A stretch of DNA of 64,000 nucleotides, from assembly GCA_049517335.1 (NCBI GenBank), contig JBEKSD010000002.1, positions 78,523 through 142,522 on the forward strand. Direction: 5' to 3'. Below are positions 45,717 to 54,555 of the stretch, in pieces. The notes below the pieces were generated by a model, which saw only the letters and a list, made by a program, of their open reading frames with translations, did no database searches and was not told the DNA's origin. The translations under genes were made by a program, and so were the position numbers. The first letter of the stretch is position 1. Every line of letters begins with the position of its first letter. This DNA is from Candidatus Omnitrophota bacterium. Its GTDB lineage: Bacteria > Omnitrophota > Gorgyraeia > Gygaellales > Profunditerraquicolaceae.

Positions 45717-46784
45717 TTACTTTAATGGTAATTTCAAGTAATTTTTAGTTTTAATTTTTTTTACTACTTTAAGGAACGCCTCGACGACTTTAGGGTCAAA
45801 TTGTTTATTGCTTTTCTTCTTTATCTCCCTCACCGCAGAAGCAATATCCATCCTTTCGCGGTAAGGCCGGCCGTAAACCATAGCCTCAAAAGCGTCGGCA
45901 ACGGACATAATACGCGCACCCAGGGGAATCTGCAATTTCTTCAACCGCGATGGATACCCCGTGCCGTCATATTTTTCATGGTGATGCATGATTATCGGGA
46001 TAACCGGTTTCAATGTCTGGAATGACCGGAGTATATTTGCGCCCTTTTGCGGATGGGTTTTGATTATATTATATTCTTTAGGCGTCAATTTTGTGGTTTT
46101 AGTCAGTATTTCAAGCGGGATTTCCGCTTTGCCCGCATCATGCAGCAAGCTGGCATATTTCAGGCTCTCAATCTGTTTTTCATCCAGATGCATCTGATTG
46201 CCTATTGAGGTTACCAGCCGACTGAAATACGGGGAATGAGTAAATTCTTGTGGTACACGGGTATCCAACAAAGTAACCAGCGATTTTATGCTCCCTAACA
46301 CTGTCTTTTGCTGCTCCTCGTAAAGCTGCAGGTTTTTAATCCCGATTACCGACTGTTCAATGAGGGTATTAAGTATCTGCTGGTCAAATTTTTCAAAATG
46401 CGGCTGGCCTTTTCTGCGCCGTAGGATGATAATTCCTATTATATCTTCGCAGATCATCGGGCTCGCAAGAAGTCCGTCCTTCCTAATTGTGGAAAGATTC
46501 CGCAGAATCTGTTTTTCAATACGGTTTGTAATCCTGCGTTTTTTATCACAGACAACTTTCCTTTTCCTGTCAGCGATGCATCTTATAAGCGAACACTGGT
46601 GGGCCTGATCAAGAATTAGAATTGCGCAGTATTGCGTATTGAATATCTGGCAAATTAGTTTGGTAAGGCGGGAGACCAATTCTTTAAGCTCATAAGTAGA
46701 ATTAATCAGCCGGTATATACTGTGTATACCTGAAGCTAAAGTGTTATACTTTTTCGTAGGGGTAAAATAGTTTTTTATATTCAT
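45717..46784 (-). CDS. GAF plus HD-GYP domain c-di-GMP phosphodiesterase
   Basis: 355 aa; HD motif (LLHDAGK) and HHHEKYDGTGYP. Confidence 0.8.
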   Translation of the reverse strand: MNIKNYFTPTKKYNTLASGIHSIYRLINSTYELKELVSRLTKLICQIFNTQYCAILILDQAHQCSLIRCIADRKRKVVCDKKRRITNRIEKQILRNLSTIRKDGLLASPMICEDIIGIIILRRRKGQPHFEKFDQQILNTLIEQSVIGIKNLQLYEEQQKTVLGSIKSLVTLLDTRVPQEFTHSPYFSRLVTSIGNQMHLDEKQIESLKYASLLHDAGKAEIPLEILTKTTKLTPKEYNIIKTHPQKGANILRSFQTLKPVIPIIMHHHEKYDGTGYPSRLKKLQIPLGARIMSVADAFEAMVYGRPYRERMDIASAVREIKKKSNKQFDPKVVEAFLKVVKKIKTKNYLKLPLK

Positions 46785-47898
46785 CTAACGCGTACCTATC
46801 GGTCATGCCCGCGATATAATCGCAAACTACTCTCTTCACGCCGTCTTTTGGTATTTTCTTCTGTATTTGCGCCGGTAACTGCTCCGGTTTCTTAAGATAG
46901 TCCTTAAATAACTCGGTTATAAAACGTTTTGCTTTATTACTCATCCTTACCACCCGGTAATGGTGATAAAGATCCGCCATAAGGAACTTCCGTAAAGGCT
47001 TCCTTAAGTCCAGCATCTCTTTACTAAAAACAACTACTTTAATGCCGCATTTTTTTGCTTTGAATGCGGAATCCAACTTAAGCCTCTTTAGGTTATTTTC
47101 CGTCTGCGATATGAGATCGGTAACCTGAATATCAATAAGAGACCTGATAATCTGGTATTTACGCAATTCGACATTTATTTTAGCATATTTAGAACCTATT
47201 TGTCTATTTATATTCTCCCAGATAGCCAGTCTTTCAAGTTCACCTTCCCTGATAAGTCCGGAAGTCAGGCCGTCATCTATATCGTGGTTATCGTAGGCGA
47301 CCTCATCGGCAATATCAACTACCTGCGTTTCAAGTGTGGGCATCTCTTTAGCGGAAAATTCCCTGATTTTTCCGGCTTTATCAAAAAGGGAAGAATGCCT
47401 TACGATACCTTCCCTTACCTCCCAGCTTAAATTCAGGCCGGGAAAACCGGGGTATCTTTCTTCAAGATAATCCACCACTCTTAAACCATGGACATTATGA
47501 TTAAAACCGCCACAGTCTTTCATTAATTCATTCAGCACCTCTTCCCCTGAATGGCCGAAAGGAGTATGGCCCAAGTCATGCGCAAGGGCAATGGCTTCGG
47601 TTAAGTCCGTGTTTAACCTCAGTGCCGAAGCTATAGTGCGGGCGATTTGAGCTACTTCTATCGTATGGGTCAGCCTTGTCCGGTAATAGTCCCCTTCATG
47701 GTTTACGAATACCTGCGTCTTATATTCAAGCCTCCTGAAAGCGGCAGAATGTATTATCCGGTCGCGGTCCCTCTGATAAACAGAGCGATAAGCATGTTCC
47801 TTTTCGGGATACTTCCTCCCTTTTGAGTTACAGCTCTTCATGGCGTAAGGCGCCAGAAAAACATCCTCGTATTCTCTAATTTGTCTTTGATTCAGCAT
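46744..47898 (-). CDS. dgt: dGTP triphosphohydrolase-like HD phosphohydrolase
   Basis: 384 aa; RLTHTIEVAQIAR HD motif; dGTPase-like length. Confidence 0.8.
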   Translation of the reverse strand: MLNQRQIREYEDVFLAPYAMKSCNSKGRKYPEKEHAYRSVYQRDRDRIIHSAAFRRLEYKTQVFVNHEGDYYRTRLTHTIEVAQIARTIASALRLNTDLTEAIALAHDLGHTPFGHSGEEVLNELMKDCGGFNHNVHGLRVVDYLEERYPGFPGLNLSWEVREGIVRHSSLFDKAGKIREFSAKEMPTLETQVVDIADEVAYDNHDIDDGLTSGLIREGELERLAIWENINRQIGSKYAKINVELRKYQIIRSLIDIQVTDLISQTENNLKRLKLDSAFKAKKCGIKVVVFSKEMLDLRKPLRKFLMADLYHHYRVVRMSNKAKRFITELFKDYLKKPEQLPAQIQKKIPKDGVKRVVCDYIAGMTDRYALDEYKKLFYPYEKV

Positions 47899-48352
47899 CT
47901 CTTAAACGTTTATATAAATCTTTGAGCGACTGCGAAATCACCCTTACCTCGCCGATGGTGGCAATAAAATTAGTATCGCCTACCCAACGCGGCACGATAT
48001 GCAGATGCAGGTGCTCGGTAATTCCCGCTCCTGCCGCACGCCCGAGATTTGCGCCGACATTATATCCGTCGGGTTTTAATACTGTATCGAGCAGCATCTT
48101 GGCTTTGTTTAACGCTCTTATAAGGTCCAGCATCTCTGTTTCTTTAAGCTGGGCAATATCAGGGATATGCCTCTTTGGAGAAACCATAAGGTGGCCGTTA
48201 TTGTAAGGGTATAGATTCAGCATGCAAACGCAATGCCTAGTCCGAAAAACTACAAAATCCTTTTGTGAGTCGCAAAAAATACAGCGGGATTTCTTTTTCG
48301 CTTTACTGATATAGTTTATCCTCCACGGCGCCCAGAGTGTATCCATAGTCAT
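47876..48352 (-). CDS. HIT-family nucleotide hydrolase
   Basis: 158 aa; HLHLHIVPR histidine triad; N-terminal CxxC. Confidence 0.8.
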   Translation of the reverse strand: MTMDTLWAPWRINYISKAKKKSRCIFCDSQKDFVVFRTRHCVCMLNLYPYNNGHLMVSPKRHIPDIAQLKETEMLDLIRALNKAKMLLDTVLKPDGYNVGANLGRAAGAGITEHLHLHIVPRWVGDTNFIATIGEVRVISQSLKDLYKRLRDAESKTN

Positions 48353-48837
48353 AGTTTGACGAGTTTTAACTCAATCTTATTGTTTAATTCAATTATTCCG
48401 TAGGTATTTTCTTTGGCATAAACTTTATCGGTAGGGCTGCCCGGGTTAAAAAATATAATTCCGTTCTTTTCCTGATTCAGGCCCAAGTGCGAATGGCCGA
48501 AAATAACAATGTCCACCGAATCATTCCTGAATATCTCGCTTAAAAACTCTACTAAATTTGCCGCAGCCCCATAACCGTGGTAAACGCCTATCCTGAATTT
48601 ACCGGCGCTGACTATCTGCTTTTCCGGAAACTTATTCCTGACTTCCGCCGGGTCCATATTGCCGCAAACCGCTATTACATTGGGACAAACTTTTTTTAGC
48701 TTATCTATAACACTACAATCCACTAGATCCCCGGCATGGATTATCAAATCCGCCCCCTTAAAATCCTCAAGCATCTTCTTTGGGAGCTCCTGCGATTTAT
48801 CGGTTAAATGTGTATCGGAAAGTACCCCTATTTTCAT
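48349..48837 (-). CDS. YfcE/MJ0936-family metallophosphoesterase
   Basis: 162 aa; GVLSDTH, HAGDL, GHSH motifs. Confidence 0.75.
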   Translation of the reverse strand: MKIGVLSDTHLTDKSQELPKKMLEDFKGADLIIHAGDLVDCSVIDKLKKVCPNVIAVCGNMDPAEVRNKFPEKQIVSAGKFRIGVYHGYGAAANLVEFLSEIFRNDSVDIVIFGHSHLGLNQEKNGIIFFNPGSPTDKVYAKENTYGIIELNNKIELKLVKL

Positions 48838-50426
48838 ATTATCACTCTCGGCTTATAAAATAAATCCAAAATTTGGTTTAAATTATTGGCATCCCACGTC
48901 CAGATTTTTTCTTCCAGAGCCCTTAACCGCGCATTCGTGTCAATATCGGAAAGCGTAATAATAATTTTCCTCTGTAGTTTATGGCGGTATTTTTTGCATT
49001 CTTTTGCGAAATCGGTGACGTCCTCTTCGGTAAGTATTTCCCGTTTGACAGCCATAATCCATAAACTGTCATTAGACCTGCCGATAAGTCCGTCTTTTAA
49101 GGTTTTTGAGTTGAATTCAAACTGCTTTACTTCCCTGAAATGGTTCAGCCGTACCCGCTTTCTTTCCAGCAGGAACGTTTCATCTTCAAAAAGGCGCATC
49201 AGCTCAGTCAGGCGTTGGGAAATCGACTTTTGTGCGGCCAAGAGGAATTCTTCAATCATATCTTCTATGTGGTCGCGGAATTTTTTCTTCTGGTTCTGGG
49301 CGTCAAATGTAAGCGACTGGAGTTTTTCCTGATACACAAACTTAAGCCAGAATCCGAAGACACGGTCATTAATTTTTAAGAAATCCCCGCTTTTAGTTAT
49401 GGTATCTGCCTCAAGCAGACGATTGATATCCGCATTAAGCTCTTTCTGCGTCTTTTTTAAGACATGCGCGATATCCTTGATTTTATTCCTGCCGTTTGAA
49501 ATTAAATAAAGCAGTGATATCAGGTCGTTTTCATGCGCCGAGTCCGAAAAACGCTTGAGGTAGTTGGAAAACCTTTGATTTAAAGCACCCGATGAGTCAA
49601 ATAAAAGATTTTCCAGAATATCCGCGAGGTGATTTTTATCCGGCTTAAGGAGTGAATTGCCGACCAGTTTTAGATAAAAGGGGTAGCCTCCAGTAAAATG
49701 CACTATAAAATTCTCTAACCCCTTATCCAGATTAGGGCCTTTAAGGTTTAAGTTGAGGAATATTTCCGCATCCCTTGTGTCAAACGGCTCAACATTAATT
49801 ACCTCAAAATTGCCGAATAAAAGCGAGAGGTTCCGGGAGAGTATCGAGTGCGCTTTAAACTTAAGCGAGCTTATGATTACATGCAAGGTTGATTTCTGGA
49901 TAATCAAAAGTTTGGACCATTCCTTATAAAGGTTATTGAAACCGACGTGTTCTAAATTATGGAACTCGTCAAATATTATTACGCTAAATTTTCCGGTCTC
50001 CTGATGGATGCTCTCGGTCAAAGAAAGAAGATCGGTAAATATATTAACCTTCTTCCTCTTTTCCATCGCAACCAGGATATTCCTGATTTTTTCAACTGTC
50101 TTTGGGATATACTTATCCGATTTAGAAAGGAGGAATTCAAGATCTTCTCTTAAAGGGATACCGCTTACGGATAAGAAGTTATAAAGAAGTACCCCGATGA
50201 AACGTCGGATAAATGAATTCAAAGACTCCGGCCTTACTTCCAGATAAAGCAGGATTACCCGGTTATCGCAGAAGACATTTAAGAATTTATGGATTATCGC
50301 GGTTTTGCCGACTAATTCATCCCCGGTGATAGCGATATTCTGGCGGTAGCCCTCTTTTAAATCAAGGGCCCGTTTCTCCAGTATGTTCAGGTATTCAGTC
50401 CTGCCAAAAAAATTATCCTTTATCAT
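48834..50426 (-). CDS. AAA+ ATPase of the archaeal-type ATPase (PF01637-like) family with C-terminal DUF234-like domain
   Basis: 530 aa; FFGRTEYL...ITGDELVGKTAIIHKF Walker A region, DEFH Walker B. Confidence 0.6.
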   Translation of the reverse strand: MIKDNFFGRTEYLNILEKRALDLKEGYRQNIAITGDELVGKTAIIHKFLNVFCDNRVILLYLEVRPESLNSFIRRFIGVLLYNFLSVSGIPLREDLEFLLSKSDKYIPKTVEKIRNILVAMEKRKKVNIFTDLLSLTESIHQETGKFSVIIFDEFHNLEHVGFNNLYKEWSKLLIIQKSTLHVIISSLKFKAHSILSRNLSLLFGNFEVINVEPFDTRDAEIFLNLNLKGPNLDKGLENFIVHFTGGYPFYLKLVGNSLLKPDKNHLADILENLLFDSSGALNQRFSNYLKRFSDSAHENDLISLLYLISNGRNKIKDIAHVLKKTQKELNADINRLLEADTITKSGDFLKINDRVFGFWLKFVYQEKLQSLTFDAQNQKKKFRDHIEDMIEEFLLAAQKSISQRLTELMRLFEDETFLLERKRVRLNHFREVKQFEFNSKTLKDGLIGRSNDSLWIMAVKREILTEEDVTDFAKECKKYRHKLQRKIIITLSDIDTNARLRALEEKIWTWDANNLNQILDLFYKPRVII

Positions 50427-51097
50427 GGTAGATAATAATAGGGATTCTCAGAGATATACCCTTTCCTAACTTCAAAATGCAAATAAACGTTTTTGTCCCT
50501 GCCGGCTGAACCTGCCTTGGCGATTAATTGGCCCTTTTGGACAACGTCTCCGGCTTTTACGAAAATCTGGCTGTTACGGGCGTAAACCGTTGAAAGGCCA
50601 TCTCCGTGGTCAATAATTAGAGTTTTTCCGAACCCGCCGAAATTCCCAGATGAAAAAACCACTTTCCCGCTGCGGGATGCACTGACGTCGGAATTAGTTA
50701 CCGGCCGTATATTTATCCCTTTATTGACCATATTATTATAGACGGAACCAAACGAAGCAATCACCCTTCCTTTTATAGGCCAGATAAAATCATCTCCCGA
50801 AGAAAATACTGGAAGAGGTTCCTGTCTCTTTTGACCCGGGATAAATATCAACTGTCCAACCTCGAGCGCGGTTGCGTCTGAAATACGGTTAAGCCTTGCC
50901 AAATTATCCAAGTCTACGCCGTAAACCTTGGAAATCCCCCATAAAGTCTGCCCCCGCTCCACCCGGTGGTATATACCGCTTGAACCTTGAGGAAGGGCTT
51001 CCGGAGAAATTAAAGGCGTGGTTGCGCATCCAAAAAGAGTAAACGCACAAAAAATAAAGGTTAAAATTATTAAATACTTCTTGCTTTTATTCAGCAT
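50423..51097 (-). CDS. LysM plus M23 family peptidoglycan metalloendopeptidase
   Basis: LysM (LWGISKVYGVDLDNLARLN); M23 (GINI...DHGDGLSTVYA.N...VKAGDVV.KGQLI...G...HLHFEV). Start set to the internal MLNKSKK because the track start abuts the tRNA. Confidence 0.75.
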   Translation of the reverse strand: MLNKSKKYLIILTFIFCAFTLFGCATTPLISPEALPQGSSGIYHRVERGQTLWGISKVYGVDLDNLARLNRISDATALEVGQLIFIPGQKRQEPLPVFSSGDDFIWPIKGRVIASFGSVYNNMVNKGINIRPVTNSDVSASRSGKVVFSSGNFGGFGKTLIIDHGDGLSTVYARNSQIFVKAGDVVQKGQLIAKAGSAGRDKNVYLHFEVRKGYISENPYYYLP

Positions 51098-51111
51098 TTT
51101 TAAAAAAATCA

Positions 51112-51182
51112 AGCGGGCGAAGGGAATTGAACCCTCCTATCCAGCTTGGGAAGCTGGTGTTCTACCGATGAACTACGCCCGC
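51112..51182 (-). tRNA. tRNA-Gly (anticodon CCC)
   Basis: 71-nt cloverleaf on the minus strand: acceptor GCGGGCG/CGCCCGC, anticodon loop TTCCCAA, T-loop TTCAATT, discriminator U. Confidence 0.85.
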
Positions 51183-51186
51183 AAAC

Positions 51187-52476
51187 TTACCTGCCGGTAG
51201 ACAGACATTCTTCCATTACTTTTATAGAACAATAATTCCCGCACATGGTACAGACGCCCGAAAGTCCGGGTTTTGAAGATTGCCTGTATGCCCTTGCTTT
51301 ATCAGGGTCAATTGACAATGCTATTTGTTTTCTCCAGTTACGCTTTTTGCGTGACTCCGACATTAATCTATCCCAGACAACCGCCCTACTCTTAATCTTT
51401 ACCAAATCAGCGGCGTGTGCTGCAATCCTTGAGGCAATTACCCCTTCCCTTACATCATCAACCGAAGGGTGCCTTAAATGTTCCGAAGGAGTTACGTAAC
51501 AAAGGAAATCAGCTCCCGCGCTTGCGGCTATTGCCCCGCCTATTGCGCAGGTTATATGATCGTATCCTGCTGCGACATCCGTAACCAGCGGCCCCAATAC
51601 ATAAAAAGGCGCTCCCTGACAGATTTTTTTCTGGAGCGCGATATTTTTTTCTATCTGATCCAAAGGGACATGGCCCGGTCCCTCAATCATTACCTGCACA
51701 TTCCTTCTTCTTGCTTCCTGCGCAAGTTCGCCTAAGATCCGTAATTCAGTAATCTGGGGTTTATCGGTTGCGTCTAAAACAGATCCCGGCCTTAAACCGT
51801 CCCCCAAGCTTATCGTAACGTCGTATTTATAACAAATATCCAGTATTTTATCAAAATACTGGTAAAAAGGGTTCTCTTTACCGTTCCTTTTAATCCATGC
51901 TGCCAAGATTGCCCCGCCTCTTGAAACAATGCCCATTAGCCGTTTCTGTTTAATCAGGGCGTTTAAGCTTTTTTTCGTTACGCCGGAGTGTAGGGTAAAA
52001 AAATCCACCCCTTCTTTTGCCTGAGCCTCAAGTACGCCGAGCATATCATCAGAGTCAAATTCTAAAAAATCCTTTCTTTTCTCTTGCGCATTTACGGCGA
52101 TTTCATAAACAGGGACGGTGCCGACGGGAACAGTTGAACGTTTAATAATCTCACCCCGAATTCTTTTAAGGTGTGGGCCTACGCTTAAATCCATTACCGT
52201 ATCAGCCCCGTATTTAATGGCGGTGCTGAGCTTTTTTAATTCTTCATTTAGCTTTGATTTATCGGTTGAGGTGCCAATATTGGCATTGACTTTTGTAGAT
52301 AGACCCAATCCGATACCGCAGGGTTTTTTAAGGCGGCGGTTAATATTCTGTGGGATTACGATCTTGCCTTTACGGATGTTCCTAAGGAGAGTAAGAAGAG
52401 GAATTTTCTCCTGCCTTGCAACTTTTCTTATTATGGGAGTTGCGATGTTTTTTTTAGCTGCTTCCAACAAAGTCAT
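51187..52476 (-). CDS. thiC: Phosphomethylpyrimidine synthase
   Basis: 429 aa; ThiC core motifs; C-terminal CxxC..C cluster (CTMCGNYCS). Confidence 0.9.
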   Translation of the reverse strand: MTLLEAAKKNIATPIIRKVARQEKIPLLTLLRNIRKGKIVIPQNINRRLKKPCGIGLGLSTKVNANIGTSTDKSKLNEELKKLSTAIKYGADTVMDLSVGPHLKRIRGEIIKRSTVPVGTVPVYEIAVNAQEKRKDFLEFDSDDMLGVLEAQAKEGVDFFTLHSGVTKKSLNALIKQKRLMGIVSRGGAILAAWIKRNGKENPFYQYFDKILDICYKYDVTISLGDGLRPGSVLDATDKPQITELRILGELAQEARRRNVQVMIEGPGHVPLDQIEKNIALQKKICQGAPFYVLGPLVTDVAAGYDHITCAIGGAIAASAGADFLCYVTPSEHLRHPSVDDVREGVIASRIAAHAADLVKIKSRAVVWDRLMSESRKKRNWRKQIALSIDPDKARAYRQSSKPGLSGVCTMCGNYCSIKVMEECLSTGR

Positions 52477-52477
52477 T

Positions 52478-53113
52478 TTAATTTAAAACCTTATAAATAC
52501 GGTCTGCAATTTCCTTAAAGTTATCTTTTTCTAATATTGCCCTGCAAATAGCCGCCCGCTTTGCTCCCTGAGCGACTACGCTTTCTATATTGTCTTGCTT
52601 AATATCCCCTATAGCAAAATAGGGAATTTTGATTTTCCCTTCTAATTCCTTAAGGCCTCTTAAGCCGATTGGCGGATAATCGGGTTTTGTTTTTGTAGCG
52701 AACAGCGGGCCTATCCCGATGTAATCCGCACCCTGCCTCTGGGCAATTCTGGCCTGCTTTAGGCTATGACAGGAAACCCCAATTATTTTATTTTTACCCA
52801 GCAGTTTCCTTGTCTTCTTTACGGATGAGTCATTTTGCCCCAGATGCACCCCGTCGCAATCAGCAATCTTTGCTATTTCAGGGTAGTCGTTTATGATAAA
52901 TATTTTTCCGGAACTCTTAAATATCCTATTCAGCCTTATAGCTTCTTTCAGAAGGTTATTTTTATTTTCGTCCTTCGCCCTAAGCTGAATGATATCAATC
53001 TTTGAATCTTTAATTTTACCGGCAATTAAGTTTAACGGCTTATTGGCGCACGTTTTTTTATCTAATATGAGGTAAAGACGCGATTTTTTTAAGAGCTTCT
53101 TTTTCGGTTTCAT
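52478..53113 (-). CDS. thiE: Thiamine-phosphate synthase
   Basis: 211 aa; RLYLILD start, IIQLRAK, IGVSCHS, YIGIGPLF motifs. Confidence 0.8.
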   Translation of the reverse strand: MKPKKKLLKKSRLYLILDKKTCANKPLNLIAGKIKDSKIDIIQLRAKDENKNNLLKEAIRLNRIFKSSGKIFIINDYPEIAKIADCDGVHLGQNDSSVKKTRKLLGKNKIIGVSCHSLKQARIAQRQGADYIGIGPLFATKTKPDYPPIGLRGLKELEGKIKIPYFAIGDIKQDNIESVVAQGAKRAAICRAILEKDNFKEIADRIYKVLN

Positions 53114-53501
53114 AAAGGCGGTAGCGCATTTTCTTAAAGCCTATGGCAGCCTGTTTATTTATAAGCTTGCTGAATTCTTCCAACACGCGGATACTCTCTT
53201 TAACCCTCTGGATGTTGGCAATGAATATATCTTCCACATCGGCCCTTTTAAGTTCTTTAGCGAAGATATTTATACCCACGTCCTCCGCGCTGTAGCGGCA
53301 TCCCAGTAAATCCTCTTTGTTGATAAGCGATTCTATTAAACTGCTGATTTCATGCCTTGTGTTTTTTAATTCGCGGGTAAGTTTTCGGTCCTCAAGCAGG
53401 AAACGGGTAATTTCTTCGCAGACACGTAAACCTTCCTTACTGCGGTTTATGTTTGCGTCAATTATCCTGATTATTGAATTTAGCTTAATTTGTTTTCGCA
53501 A
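53058..53501 (-). CDS. ThiE-associated N-terminal (ThiD2-like) domain protein, overlapping thiE by 56 nt
   Basis: 147 aa; RIIDANINRSKEGLRVCEEI motif typical of the domain often fused N-terminally to ThiE. Confidence 0.4.
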   Translation of the reverse strand: MRKQIKLNSIIRIIDANINRSKEGLRVCEEITRFLLEDRKLTRELKNTRHEISSLIESLINKEDLLGCRYSAEDVGINIFAKELKRADVEDIFIANIQRVKESIRVLEEFSKLINKQAAIGFKKMRYRLYETEKEALKKIASLPHIR

Positions 53502-53964
53502 TTTTTTTGATAAGGTTTGTAGTAGAGCGGTCTTTGGCTAATTTCACCGTCTTTACCCTGCCGCCGTATGATTTAACAAAATCCGCTCCCACAATACCTC
53601 TGCCTTTCCAATCAGACCCTTTAACTAATATGTCGGGTTCTAATACCTGAATTATTTTTAAAGGGGTTTTCTCGCCGAAGACAACGACAAAATCTACGCT
53701 TTGTAAGCCGGCTAAGACTCTTGCCCTGTCAAATTCATTTACTACCGGACGGCCTAAGCCTTTTATCTTCCTGACGGAAGAGTCAGAATTTATAGCGACA
53801 ACAAGACAGTCGCCTTTTGCTTTAGCTTTTTCAAGGTACATCACATGCCCGTAATGCAATATGTCAAAACAACCGTTGGTAAAAACAATTTTTTTACCTC
53901 TAGCCTTCAGGGCTCTGATTAACTTCTTAAGGCTACCGAGTTTCTTTACTTTTGTTCCTGACAA
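53485..53964 (-). CDS. D-glycero-beta-D-manno-heptose-1-phosphate adenylyltransferase (RfaE domain II-like cytidylyltransferase)
   Basis: 159 aa; FTNGCFDILHYGH nucleotidyltransferase motif. Confidence 0.75.
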   Translation of the reverse strand: MSGTKVKKLGSLKKLIRALKARGKKIVFTNGCFDILHYGHVMYLEKAKAKGDCLVVAINSDSSVRKIKGLGRPVVNEFDRARVLAGLQSVDFVVVFGEKTPLKIIQVLEPDILVKGSDWKGRGIVGADFVKSYGGRVKTVKLAKDRSTTNLIKKIAKTN

Positions 53965-54524
53965 AGCATCTGCTCCACAAGTTCACAAATAATATGCCCT
54001 ACGGTAATATGCGCTTCCTGAATTCTTGCCGTAACAGCAGAAGGGACAATAAACGAAACATCCGCCAGTTTTGCGAGTTCCCCTCCGTCTCCGCCGGTGA
54101 GGGCGACCGTCTTTATGCTGCTTTTCTTCGCCTGTTTTAAAGCAAGTGCGACATTCTTTGCTTTCCCGCTGGTTGAAATACAGATTAATATATCGTTTTT
54201 CTGGGCCAGGGCTTCAACCTGTTTGGAAAACACCACATCGTAACCGTAGTCATTAGCTAATGAGGTGAGCACCGAGGTGTTGGTGGTTAAAGAAACAGCT
54301 GCAAGCGCGGTTCTGTCGCGTTTAAAACGCCCAATAAGCTCAGCTGCGATGTGCTGGGCATCGGCAGCTGAACCACCGTTACCGCAAAGGAGCACCTTGC
54401 CTCCCTTTTTAAGACAATCAATGATGAGGTCGGCGATATTCTTAATCTGTCCGACATAGCTACGCAATAACTCTTCCTTTACCTGGATACTTTCCAATAA
54501 TATGTCTTTTATTCTGTCTCTCAT
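53946..54524 (-). CDS. gmhA: Phosphoheptose (sedoheptulose-7-phosphate) isomerase
   Basis: 192 aa; SIS domain; GNGGSAADAQH motif. Confidence 0.8.
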   Translation of the reverse strand: MRDRIKDILLESIQVKEELLRSYVGQIKNIADLIIDCLKKGGKVLLCGNGGSAADAQHIAAELIGRFKRDRTALAAVSLTTNTSVLTSLANDYGYDVVFSKQVEALAQKNDILICISTSGKAKNVALALKQAKKSSIKTVALTGGDGGELAKLADVSFIVPSAVTARIQEAHITVGHIICELVEQMLCQEQK

Positions 54525-54555
54525 ATTTTACCCTCTTTTTTTTAAATGGGTTCGT

